DNA of 64,000 bases, from positions 1,860,001 to 1,924,000 of the forward strand of contig OZ076415.1 in assembly GCA_964187785.1 (NCBI GenBank). The letters run 5' to 3'. Under the pieces are notes generated by a model, which was given only the letters and a program-made list of their open reading frames with translations, was not told the DNA's origin and made no database searches. The DNA comes from Amphiscolops sp. MND2022 (lineage: Eukaryota). The position numbers and the translations under genes were made by a program. Shown one piece after another: positions 46,001-56,564 of the stretch (its first letter is position 1; each line of letters begins with the position of its first letter).

Positions 46001-49000
46001 TACTGGTCTGGCTTCCCCCATCAAATTGGTTGTTGTTAACATGATTCGGTATTGTTCTGTTGGAATTCATGTAATGGCGTTGTTCCGAGCGTTTCGCAGT
46101 AATGGAAAAAACGATTGTAAATCTCAATGTTTAATTCCACGATTTTTTGCGGCCATTTTGGGACGGTCGATATTCTTGGATTCGTTCACTTTCTTTACCT
46201 TTTCCCACAATGCGGGTTTTATCTGGCTATTTTTTCTGGTTTTAATTAGGATATGATTCCTTTCGAACCAGGGGCGTTTCGTTTCGGGGGTGAAGCCTCT
46301 CGTTTTATATATAAAGTTGATGTCAATGCCGTTGATTTTGTCCATTTTGCTAGTTGAGGACGGTAAAGTTTTCACTAAGGCGTTTGAATCAGAACTTTTT
46401 GGTAATGATGAAGTTTTGAAGGAATGATTGTTTTGATTTTGTTCACGTATGTTTTTGTCGCCCTGTGATTGGTCAAGAGTTTCTCTCGTGATCGCTTGTT
46501 CGGTGAACCGTCCTATGCTTCCTCGTGTTTGGTTGAATTCGAAGAGGCCGTATATTTGATTAATAACGAATTCCTCTTCGGCTTCCGTTTCGTTTAATCC
46601 GTCCGCTTTGTTTTCTAACTCGGTGAGTTCAGTCGGTACGATCGGATGTCGGTTCAAGTAGTCCGTTAACGGAATGTTTTTACCGGCCGTGTTTTGGACA
46701 TTAACATCAAAATGGCTCCATCTACTCAGCCAACACGTTAATCTTGCACTGTATTGTTTGTGTGCTCGTTTCTGTTTCAGAAATGGTTGATGCGCTTGAT
46801 GGTCTGTTTGTAAATTTACCCTTTTTCCGTATACGTAACACCTGAAGTATTCGAGCCCACATAAAGCCCCCAATATTTCTAATTCAATTATTGCATATTT
46901 TCTTTCGCAATCAGTTAAGAATCTACTTGCAGACTTCACTGGTCTAAATACTTCACCGTCCTTTTTGCCACAGTGTTGCGCCCAACCCCGTGTTACACCC
47001 GTCCGTGGTTATATAATTGTCTCTCTTCGGGTCAAAGTGGGCTAGACATGGGGCTTCCGTGATCTCCTTCTTCAGTTGTTCGAAGTCCTCGTCTATCTCC
47101 GACGTCCAGTCCCATTTGGTGTCTTTCTTTAGAAGTTTCCTCATTCGATCACTGTTCTTTGATAGATTTTTAATAAACTTCGAAAGGTGTTGGATAGAGC
47201 CCAGGAAGGATTTTAATTCTTCAATATTTTTTGGTGCTTCCAGTTTAGTTATTGCTTCTGTTTTGTCTTTGATTGGCTTGACGCCATTCTGATTGATGTA
47301 GTAGCCAAGCCAGGTTAGTTCCTTTTTAAATAGCTCCGTTTTCTTTTCACTTGCCCGGTAACCAGCGTTTTGTAATTTCGAGAGAATTTCGTGCACTTCT
47401 CTATCGTGATCTTCAGTATTACCATTGGTAACGCAGATAATATCGTCCAGCCAGACCAGTGTTTTAAATTCTAGCACTGTGAGCATATGCTCTTGGAATA
47501 CCGTAGGGATATCCGATAGGCCATAGAAACCGCTCTTGAAACGGTAATGTTAGGTAAAGTCACCTCCAATAATCGAGAATACACAATGTTTGGCTGCTTC
47601 TTTAGATAATTTTCCTTGGCCATAGGCGTAGTCCAAGTCAATTTTTGACATTCGAATGTCGCTGTCTCCTTTAGTAAGTTTTGGCAGAACTTTTGCTGAT
47701 CAAGCTTCCATATTTGGCATAGTTGCCTTTTTTATACATGCTTCATCGAGTTTTTTTGAATCTAGGGCTATTTTGACTGATTTGTCTTTTTTGATTGTGA
47801 TATCGGCAGGTAATATAAAGCAATTTTCTGTGGTTTTGTCGGCCTTCTCAAGGTGCCCCTGTTCAATTAATTTTCCTAGTTCCTCGCGATTAATTTTTTG
47901 AAGGTGAATGGGGACCGACCGCCTTTTTGTTGTATGGGTTTGACGTCTTTTTTGAGCTGAATATCGATTGTGAGGTGTTTGATGGTGTGGTTGTTTTTGA
48001 ATAGATCTTCGAACTCGTTTATGATTTTCTCTTGTCTTTCGTCTTCTTCCACGTGGCGTATGACATTTGTTTTCTTGCTGCCTTGCAGTCCGATTTCCAA
48101 TTTGTCAAGCCACTCTAATCCCAATAATGGTTGAGTGTTTTTGCTTTCTGTTATGAGAATGGGTAATGTCTCTTCGCTTTTTCCCGTTTTCACTTCAACG
48201 AGTACTTCGCCCTTAAATTTTATTGGATTTTTGTTCACATCCACGAAGTTTTTTGTTGTTTTCTTTATCTCGGTTACATTGAATATTGGTGGTATAATCG
48301 TCACCGGTGAGCCGGTATCAATGATGAATTCTATTTGTTGGCCTTGGAACAATAGGATTGGTTTGTAGAAATCAACTCGGTTAATGCCGTTGACGGATTG
48401 AAAACGGCCGATTTCCGGCCATGGCTCGGTGTAACTATCCGATGACGTTTCTTCATTTATCTGACTGACGGTTTTGGATTTGCACACCTTGACGAAATGT
48501 CCCATCTTTTTGCAGTTGTTGCATTGAGCTCTCCGTGCCGGACATATATTTTCTAAAGACCAGTTCGGTTTCCCGCGAAAGCAGCAATTCCGGTTTGAAA
48601 ATTTTTTCTTCTCGTTAAATTGTGGTTTTCGTTTCCGTACTTGGTTTGTATGTCCGATCAATTCGGAAGATGTAGAGCTGTTTGTTGAATCTTTTCTGGG
48701 TTTTTTAATTCTTGGTTTCTTGTCTCCGTACTTACGGTTGTAATTGTCGAGTTCTATGGTTTCCAATACCAGTTGTGTTTTCAATGGACCTTTTATGAAT
48801 TTGTTTCGGGCTTTTCTGTTTTTGATGGTGGCCGCGAATTTATATGTGATGATTTCTTCTGCTGTGATGTTGTTAAATTCGCATTTTCTTTCAATATCCA
48901 CCAGTCTTTTCCAGTATTCGTCCAATGTTTCATGGTCATCTTGTTTCATGTTGAAGAATTGTGCTCTGCTGTGAAATACATTTCTTACTGGAAGATAAGT

Positions 49001-52000
49001 TTTCTTGAATAATGTCAGTAGGTCCTGTAAATTGGCATCTTTTATTTCTCGACCCGACTGACCTCTCATGATTTGCCCAAATGACATCGCCCTTTATGTG
49101 GTATACAGTGTGTGGATCCATGTATTCAGTTCCTTCGTCAACGATCTCATTCAGGTGTCGGTTGTATGTCAGATGTATTTACTCTGATATTTACTCCCAC
49201 CACATTTTGGGGTTGATTTTTGTGAGGTCCGTTTCTCTGTCCGATAAAATTGGGATCTTGTACTTGCTTCGTTCCGCTCTTTCGGAAATTGTTTGATTGT
49301 TGTTCGTTCTTATTGATTGTCCCGATGTATTCGGTCCACCTTCCGTTGAATTGGGGTCGGTGTTATTTGCCATGGTGTTTTGTTCAGATTGCTGACTGCG
49401 CCATAAAGTATTCTGAGGAGAAGAGGGTTAATAAGTTCAATTAAAATAGTACAGAGAGAAGTTGTAAGCTTGTATCCAAAGATCTAAGCTGTATCATCAA
49501 CCAAACATCAAGTTACGTTATCTATATATGTAGTTGATTGCATGACATCAGAATAGTAGCAGGTACTTGAACTTAATTGAGTTGGCTATGAACTGTCCTT
49601 TTCATGCCACAGGCATCAACAATCGCCTTTTCGTTACATTTTCGAGTTATTAGTTAGTGAATTGTCAAGCGAAGCCGTCCATCCTGTCGATAAAGGAAAA
49701 AGAAATCTTAGTTTTATCTAATGAAAACTCCCAAATGGCTGTACTTAAGTGTTTTTCCTCCCATGTGGTTTTATCGCCCATTGCAATTAACACAATTTCT
49801 GAAATACAGATGAGTTTTAGGCCGGTATTCAGCTGAAGTCAAAAGGCAGGATGTGTTAAATTTCCTTTTTGATTAGTAAAAATGGTGTATTTGTGGCAAT
49901 TTAGTTCATAAAATACAAATTCAATGTAAAGTTAGAAAGGTAGTTTTCGGCTTTCCTGATGAAGTCTGTGGTTTCGTGCTAAACAGGTTGTTATAAAGAT
50001 TTTTGGGTCCCTTTCTTGTGTTTTAGATTCAAAAAACTATTTGTTCGAGTTTTTGCGACAGTTTTTTGGCCGAATCATTTTGTCTCTCGTGTCGTGTCTG
50101 TTTAAATCATTTTTTCTTCAGATTTCAAATCCTACGTAACCGTAAAAAACTTCATGAAGAAAATAGTTCAAAGTCGTCTTTTAAGGTGTCATAAGTTCAT
50201 CCCGTAATTTTTAAGAGCCACATTATATAATCTTATAAACTCACACTTATATACACTTACAAATTATTCAAGAGCAAGTACAGAACTCAATTCAGTTTGT
50301 CGAAAGTTTCTCCATCTAAATGAGTTCAGACGTTTTTAGTCGGCGCTTTTCTAGAGAAAAGTGCCCGACTCTTACAGTGAGTAGTTTTTTTTTTTTTTTT
50401 TTTTGTTTTTTTCAGTTGACAATCTCACTCTGAGTGGTCCACTTTTCTTACAATTCTTACAATTTTCAAAATCTTACAATTATTACTTAGCAAAATTAAA
50501 ATACTGGCGCAAAAGTAGTTTTTATATCATCTAAGGGTCCCCAAAGGGTATTTTCGGCACTGTGCGACTTTTTTTCGAAAAAATTTTTATTGTTCCAAAA
50601 GGGTCCCCCCTTCGAGTTTTTTCATATTTTGCAACTGAATGTATGTTAATACATCACAAAGGGTCCCCCCTTTCACATTTTTCGGCACTATGCGACTTTT
50701 TTTGAAAGAAATTTTTTTTTCAAAAATTCATGTTTTTTCCAAAAATTTTTTTTTGCGCTTTTTGAGCCTTAGATATGGCGCCGACTTTGGACGTTCTCGT
50801 CTTGTTCTCTTTAAAGCTCAATCGACTGTCAATTCCTTCAATTGGTGAGCAATTTAATTAGACGTCTGACAGACATGTCAATTTTTATTTCCGTCTCAAA
50901 AACGGAGACGTGAAATGCCAGGGGACCGTTCTCCTTTTTTCCCGCACTTTAGAAATGAATGATAAGCGACGAAAATCAATCAAGACAACATTTCTTAAAT
51001 CTTTGAAAAATTGGATACTTTTTTTCTACAGAAATGTAAAAAATGCCAATCATGGTAATTAGCCCCCAAAGAATATTTTCACGTTTCAGTGCGATGAACA
51101 TGGACTGAACTTTTTTCAAAATTCAATGGTCTGATATGTAATGTAAAATGTTTAGATTTCGAGGGCGAATAAAGTTTCTAAGGAATCTTACTCTAACAGA
51201 AAGGTTTATATTTGGTGAATAAGGCGTTTGCTTAATTAACTACATTACAGTGCCAAAAGTGGGTATTTTGAATATTTGCAGTGGATTTCGCTGGACGGCA
51301 GTTTTGGAAAGCGTGCAGCGTAATCCACTAACAAATGCTATTACATTGCAGTCGATTCCACTCTTTTGGCGATTTTTCTGGAGCGAATTTCGCTGCAAAG
51401 CATTGGATTCCACTATCAAATACCTTAAACATTCGGATCTTGCAGTGGATTCCACAAAACACTGCCGTGGATTCCACTGAACGCTGCAGTGGACTCCACC
51501 GATGGCCGCAGTGGAATCCAGTCTAGTAGCTTGGATAGTTTTCTCTCCAAAATGCTTTTCGCCTCCACTTAATTGACCACGAAAAGAAAAATCTAATGAT
51601 CTAATTACTTTTAATGGTGATAGTCAAATCGACTCATCAATCAGTCAAGTATTATTAACCGGGCAAAGATCGCGATCCACGATTCAGCCACTCGTAGGCT
51701 TCATAATTCCATCTTCTTGAGCAGCGAAACAACTGCAACTAAGCCACTGTTCTCAGAGCCAGTATTACTGTTGTAGTATTTCGTAAGAATGAAAAGCAGA
51801 AATGGATTGTGAAGAATGTATTGACGACTAGATAGTGAATGTAAAGGCAGCAGCAAATGAATATCTGAACTTTATCAATGTCAAGCAGTTTTGGCAGGTG
51901 TTAGTAAATAAATCTGTTCTCACTTCTTTGTTTTGTCTAACAGGTTAGCTTTCGATATCAATCTACTTTAATTACACTCTAACGAAGCATGAGAGGATTT

Positions 52001-53371
52001 CAGATCTTGTCTCCGCGGGACTGAATTGGTACCTTTCAAACTCAGTTCTGGTTGTTCAATGAGATTTGATTTCCACCTAAGTGATTTGGTTAGCGCATCG
52101 GTTTTGCGTAATCTCATTGTAATCCGTCTTTCTGTAATTTACGTTACTGGGCTTCGGCAATGCTCTCGTTTTTACATACCCCGCGTTTTTTTCATAAATA
52201 TCCATGAAAGTTCGGACTCCGAAAAATCGTTTCTCACTGTTGTTCAACTTAGTTGTCTCACTTGAAAAACGTTCACATTCCGTGATAGTTCAAGTCATCC
52301 AAGGTTCACAATAAAAAATGCAACCCTTGTTGGCTTCCAAGACATACTTTTGTGTCGGGTGACTATTCATACAACTGAAGTTAGAAAATAGTTCTCAAAC
52401 ATCAGAATTCAGTTATTTGCATTTCAACGATAAATCAGCCAATATATAACACTTCCGACAGGCAGTCCAAACCAGACTCTCAGTTGAGACAAAACAAGTT
52501 TCAAAAAATATTTTGTTCGAAGGTGCTAATTTGGTTAGGTTAGGAGATGATAACTTGGATCATTCCTCCGCCCCTGGACTGAGTTGAGTGACTGTGTGTT
52601 GTAGGTATGGCCCTGTTGTCCCACTTGGGGGCGTGCAAGATGCTGTTTCTGGTGACAGTGCTCTACTTCCTCTCTTTCCTACCGATCGTGATTGCGGATC
52701 ATTTCTTCCAGCAGAAGATCATCCTCTACCACATCTGCAACTACCTGGGTCTGTATACAGTGCCAGACACTGACTGTCGTTTGGGAAACTTCTTGTTCAT
52801 TAGGTCCCTGTTTTCTACTGAAGCCCATGATATGTTTTCATTTGGAAATCATTTTAAAATCTTGCAACAAATCAACTGTAAAACGTAAAATTAGTGTTTT
52901 TTGAAAATAGATGTAAGAAGACACGATTTTAAATTTTAAAAACTCAAAACCATCTCATAGCGACACAGCTTTAATTTAAAACACTTTTCTTCTTATCTTC
53001 AGTTAAACTTTTCAAATGAATCTGAGTTGAAATAACAATGCCAAAATGGATCGAAACACTTTGTACAATGAAGTAGAGACATTTCAGTTTCTCAAAAACT
53101 GTTCACTTTGTCAACAATTTCAAATATTAGTGATTTGTGCTTTTGTGTTGCAGCGTATTTCAACATCACAACCAACTTTCCCATCTACTACAAAATGAAC
53201 AAGACCTTCAAACGAGGCTACGCTACTCACCTGGCCAGACTGAACATTTCCAACTTCTGTCGCTGCTGCTACTTGAAGATGCGAAATTCTGCCACTGCTT
53301 ATGACACCATCTTGTTGCAATCGGGACCTGTTCCCATCTCGAAGGAAGACAAATACGGCCTCGATTGCTAG
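31054..53371 (+). CDS. Class A (rhodopsin-like) GPCR, 5'-partial: join(31054..31196,31649..31799,40290..40536,52605..52748,53154..53371)
   Basis: Exons splice in frame (phases 2,0,1,1). WVGTFLC (ECL1/TM3 Cys); AIDR|[10 protein letters not shown] (DRY...PLxY equivalent); ECL2 Cys (MCWP); TM5 [10 protein letters not shown]; TM6 FLSFLP; TM7 TNFPIYY and helix-8 KTFKR. TM1/TM2 exons not located. The first donor appears to be GC. Confidence 0.85.
32041..32859. mobile_element. MITE with CCC...GGG termini and 2-bp TSD (CA); CMC/EnSpm-like; in GPCR intron
   Basis: TIR CCCAGTGTAAAATATCTTGAAA / TTTCAAGATATTTTACACTGGG; CA on both flanks; many CAAGATTCTTG subterminal repeats. Confidence 0.85.
33050..33992. 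mobile_element. hAT-type non-autonomous element (CAGGG termini) with remnant of the hAT dimerisation domain
   Basis: TIR CAGGGATGTTCAAA / TTTGAACACCCCTG; degenerate 8-bp TSD CCTGTACA/CTTCTACA; ATCGAT subterminal repeats; 33215-33330 reads ..PAS..(R)VFTAAGY...LEVPLFLK across an indel. Confidence 0.7.
33384..33818. mobile_element. hAT MITE (TAGGG termini) nested in the previous element
   Basis: TIR TAGGGCTG / CAGCCCTA; perfect 8-bp TSD ACTGATAT (33376-33383, 33819-33826); TAACCGA subterminal repeats. Confidence 0.9.
34388..34790. mobile_element. TA-flanked MITE (Tc1/mariner-like)
   Basis: TIR CACGCAGTTTTTTTATAAGAACA / TGTTCTTATAAAAAAATGCGTG; TA on both flanks. Confidence 0.75.
35158..35331 (-). 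repeat. E3 3' LTR
   Basis: Identical to 39893-40066. Confidence 0.95.
35472..36815 (-). CDS. pol: E3 integrase with C-terminal ING-type PHD finger; in-frame deletion removes the catalytic Glu region
   Basis: FHNLCH...CHNCLTC; HMDIVG; TTDRGTQF; YHPQ|RTLK lacks the usual xNGxxERxH segment; YTGPH; [45 protein letters not shown]. Confidence 0.92.
   Translation of the reverse strand: MSEQYQHGTQMINIGTTTLTCDKSIPPRPILPEQCRYPIFTQFHNLCHINWKSTSRMILARFTWPNAQRTIKEWCHNCLTCQQMKITRHIYPPTRQLNEAVARFTHVHMDIVGPLPAINNSPFRYLVTFIDRSTNWIEAHPVISITAEEVCQAFLTSWFSRFGVPLYITTDRGTQFESQLFAQLSQTLGFCRLRTTSYHPQRTLKAALMSAKTDWIAALPVVLFGLRSKPDINLISPLAATTGLDVLYPTTVAEKTAPITLAFIRNLQDNLEQLAFTKDIRQHSTRKTFIQDALNNCKFVWLRVDRVKQPLEAPYTGPHELIKINRDSSTATIKKNNDQIIVSIQRLKPCTLSFDREKKKHHHLQSSTVPTEVYCYCQQPYNREMIKCCNNNCKIAWYHYDCVSLRKHPLTTWFCPSCRTSTTKRVTIVEPADAETNDTRCRRHKKP
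36995..38790 (-). CDS. pol: E3 protease-RT-RNase H (1-nt frameshifts near 38080 and 37100)
   Basis: FIADTGS; [13 protein letters not shown]; [18 protein letters not shown]; YADD; TTDASD; ELLAI. Confidence 0.9.
38784..39605 (-). CDS. gag: E3 gag
   Basis: [21 protein letters not shown]...[11 protein letters not shown] gag N-terminus; [14 protein letters not shown] knuckle; ends at G GGA AAC slippery site (38790-38796). Confidence 0.9.
   Translation of the reverse strand: MQNTIEIGSGDNTTTSTSSHPEPQHAPVNRVTIKPPPFYRTNPTVWFRQMESQFVLAGITNDTTKYHHILAAIPEDVAINLPMEIEDYSSLKDSITQVYQKSKTELIEEALGTISLDGQKPSVCLLRIQRKLSECHLTMDNDVIKHRLMQAMPISTRSSLSAHLDLPPDKFAKLADTIYSYSKDTFQENTHVYATQQSSSSSYTRQPQPKQRSSLTDTNFQPFSPGQRPKICRFHLFFANSAKRCKPWCKWPGPKPTHKPSYRAQSPATQGNE
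39893..40066 (-). repeat. E3 5' LTR
   Basis: One nucleotide from the Trp PBS; followed by TSD GATG. Confidence 0.95.
41378..41447 (+). pseudogene. tRNA-derived remnant (His-like) / SINE head
   Basis: TAGTATAGTGG A-box-like segment; GGTTCGATTCC B-box; ends ..AACGGCA like tRNA-His. Acceptor stem does not pair. Confidence 0.45.
42234..42719 (+). mobile_element. Helentron/HINE-like element, copy D (3' hairpin partly deleted)
   Basis: GGTCGGCGC ... GGCGCCGACTTGGGCCGACTTGTT; internal AAAGGGTCCCC units. Confidence 0.65.
43712..49611 (-). mobile_element. E4: full-length but degenerate Ty3/Gypsy element (same lineage as E5); in GPCR intron
   Basis: 208-bp LTRs (43712-43919, 49404-49611) with about 12 mismatches; TSD GGCAT on both sides; PBS TGGCGCAGTCAGC at 49391-49403; PPT AGAGGGGGAAA at 43920-43930. 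Confidence 0.95.
44301..49373 (-). pseudogene. pol: E4 gag-pol, broken by stops and frameshifts
   Basis: Fragments: [14 protein letters not shown] knuckle; FIIDTGS; LVWLDDII; TTDGC; IELEILG; [14 protein letters not shown]. Confidence 0.88.
50337..50806 (+). mobile_element. Helentron/HINE-like element, copy E
   Basis: ttttAGTCGGCGC ... GGCGCCGACTTT; hairpin GACG-ttct-CGTC; CTTGTT. Confidence 0.65.
51245..51526 (+). repeat. Repeat built from CAGTGGATTCCAC units, ending in a hairpin plus CTAG (Helitron-like 3' end)
   Basis: TGGATTCCACTG ... CAGTGGAATCCA inverted pair, then GTCTAGT. Confidence 0.35.
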
Positions 53372-54360
53372 GCGAGCATTGAACTCTTCGAAACGACAGT
53401 CACCACGTCTTTTAAACCACAAAAAGAACCTCTAAAATCCAAGAGAAATTACATGATACAACCATTTTTAAAAAGAAAATAGTCTATCCGGAGTCGAGTA
53501 ACGAGAAGAAGCGACAGCATGGCATCAATTTGTTTAAATGATGATTCACAGAGCCCCAAAACTCCTGTTGTTACTCCTGTCGAAACCACAGCGGCTGAAA
53601 AGTTCAAACAAATCCCAGGGTCTGCCCTGCAACTAATGTCCACTACAGATGTAAACTCGCTACCCTGCTCAACAAAATTGATTCCCCCTTTTTGTCATCA
53701 GCGGCCGTGTGAGAAGGTTTGAAGATATCCGTCACGGAGAAAAAACGATACTTCACACATTCAAACTCGCATTTATAAGAAGGAAGATAGAATAGCACCA
53801 GTTAGAGGGAACCGTCTGTCAAAAAACTTTCTTTTTAAAAACTTTTCAAAAACGTTTTGCTGTCTAGATTCTCCTTAGCTGTTTATGAAGGATTTTTAGT
53901 TGCTCTGAGTTGTTCAACAAAAAATATTTCAAAATTGTACAAACAAACTTGACGTTCTTATTTTGGTGAAACCAAAGGGGCTACCCTAGCTGTTTGTTTG
54001 AACATTTTTTTTGGAATTCAAAAAAGTAAGCCTCCACAATTAATACCCAACATGTTTTTCAGCACAATCAACAGTACTGAATACTGGGTTATCACGACAA
54101 AACCCTTAATCAGAGTGAAATGAAACTACTTTTGTAGATAAACTAGTTTGCAGCTGTTATGACGTATAATGTTCATCAATATGATAGTTAACCATTCCAC
54201 CCGAAAAAGTGTTCCCCTTAGTTTGTTGATCGCAGAGTATTTAGTTTGATCATCTTACTGAATTCACTCTTTCAAGAACTCCAAAGCGATCATCCTTAGA
54301 ACATTGAGTTAAGAAAGACAAAGTCTTCTACTTGAGAGAGCCAGAGAACGAGAAACAAAC

Positions 54361-54806
54361 AACAAGAGGGGAACGACCCAAGTCGGCGCCATATATCTAA
54401 GGCTCAAAATAATCAAGGCACAACTATCGGAAACATTAGGAAAAAAGTATTTTTTTAAAAAAAAGTACAATGCCGAAAAACTCAAAAAGAGGCTATTTAG
54501 GCTCATTAAACGTTTTTGCAAACCGAAAACATCAAAAAAATGCAAGGTACCTTTTGATAGAATTCGAAAATTTTCGAAAAAAGTCACATAGTGCCGAAAA
54601 AATCCAAAGAGGGACCCTTTGGTCTCGACCCTACTTTTGGGAGCATAAAAATTTGTGGTTTAGTGCGAGAATCGAACCCCCGATCTGCTTCTCAGAAAAT
54701 TAGTTGAACAAATGAACAAAAGATTGTAAAAAAGTGGACCATTCAGAGTGAGATTGTTGGCTGAAAAAAAACTACCCACTGTAATAGTCGGGCTTTTTTC
54801 CTTAAG
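54361..54806 (-). mobile_element. HINE-like copy F, interrupted by the E2 LTR
   Basis: AACAAG...CCCAAGTCGGCGCC start. Homology to copies B/E stops at 54806; the terminal AAAAGCGCCGACTAAAA is missing. Confidence 0.65.
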
Positions 54807-55398
54807 TGTCGTAAGCACGAGTATCTGAGGATGTGAATCCGTCCCTCTCACGATTACCTAGTGTCTTACTCTTCAAATTGTTTCTAGAGTCTGAATTACG
54901 CAGAACTTCAGGATATCCTTCCGGTCTCTCAGACGGAACGTTCCATCTCTCTCTGGTCATATGTCCGGACTCGGCCATAAGGGCATTTTGAATCTGAGGA
55001 AGAACTTGATTACTAATTGCCTCACTTATAGCTCTTTGAATCTGCACACTGACGCTGTTCATCATCTCATCCATCTCCCGAGATATACGGGAATTCAACT
55101 CACTCGACAATCTGTTGATCTCGGCGTTAGAACTACCTCTAGCTGAGTTCTGGCCTAGTTCGGCATGTGGACTAGGTCCATCGTTCTCAGAGTTAGATAA
55201 CCTATTTCCACCCTCATTTCCAAATTCGTCGCTAAACGGACTACCAGGTCTTCTGGCCTGGTTGCTATTTAGACTCTCACTTCTTTCATTTCTATTATAA
55301 TGGTTTCCTCCAAGCATTATGTCTAAATTCTCAATATCTGACAACATTTCTGCCTCTCTTGATTTTCTCGCTTTCTTTTGTTTCCTTGTGGTAGGCAT
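54807..55398 (-). CDS. LTR-encoded gag N-terminus of E2 (MPTTRKQKK...); truncated by the LTR end, with a stop in flanking DNA
   Basis: Start resembles E1 MSTTRSQKRK; TATATATAG at ~55525-55533 upstream; ORF leaves the LTR at GAC A|CT TAA. Confidence 0.7.
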
Positions 55399-55616
55399 CG
55401 AAACTAAACCGGGTTGAACAATTCAATTATTAAAACCGGAAAACTGACAAACGTCGTTGTAAAAAATCAATCTTTATCAAAGCAAGGTTATGGAAAAAAG
55501 TGTCTCCCTTTGCAGGAAAGTGACTATATATACTCCTGAAAGATGACACTTGCATTCCACGGATTCTTTGATCAAGATAATATCATGTGGTTATGTCCTC
55601 AACAGGTCATGTGACA
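54807..55616 (-). repeat. E2 3' LTR, minimal extent (may be longer)
   Basis: TGTCACATG...TTACGACA candidate ends; internal TATA box. No PPT was found next to 55616, so the inner boundary is uncertain. Confidence 0.5.
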
Positions 55617-56564
55617 AATACCATTACTGCACCGGGTATTAATACTTCAAAGCAACTATTTTGGGGTGATGTCCCGATTGGGAAAATTCCTAACATTTTA
55701 CAATCACAACTATTCATTCATCAAAAGCGGCGTCAAAATATTTACTAGCGCATCAAATGAAATTTCCGTCTATCAAAGGAACTCGTACTCATTATGAATA
55801 TAAATAACATTGCATACATTCCTTTCTGGCACGTGCCACCACGTGACCTAAATTAGCTTTGCAGCAGTGTGAAGCACCTCATGTTATTAGGCCCAATACG
55901 GCCAATTGACATGTTAATGGTTATATGCGTTGATTAACCGATTAGCCCCAAATACATGTACTGCATCACTTTTCAAAGGAACGTAACAATTCCAATGGCC
56001 GGGAATAGCCGGCTAATTAATGGGCAAGTACTAATGAAATATGGCCTTAAGGGCCTAGCAAAAGGTTGGGTATTAAAATGAAGCATCAGTTAAGAACAAA
56101 GATCTGGCTATTATGAAAACACAAACTCAACAAACATGATTTGTTACATGTCAAATTATCACCTTATTTCAATCTTGAACTAATGGGACGGAACCGGCCA
56201 TTTGACCAGTGTACCAAAAGAGAATATTAAAAGCGCGGCAACTGGCCTTACTCGGCCATTAATTAAATAGCATCAACAAACGAGATTGCATACTGCGATA
56301 TGATTGGTTAAGGTAACGTGCTCAAGTGACGCTGCCGGTACGTTGCCGTACGTCACTTGAACTCGTTTCCTATACTGCCTTACAGTCGCTTGTTTCATTG
56401 TATTTTCTATCACTTTAAATTAGCGCCTTACAACTCCATCAACTCGATTGAAATTTCCAATTGTTAGATTTAACAGACTAATTGTATATAAAATGAGCGT
56501 CATCACTGATCATAATGCACAAAATAACAAAATGGCGTGAAAGTTTGATATCAATTGTAAGTTC

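Noticed and set aside
55617-55630. TGGTATT next to TGTCACA as a PBS
   Set aside because: It lies on the upstream side of the candidate LTR start and matches no tRNA 3' end I recognise.
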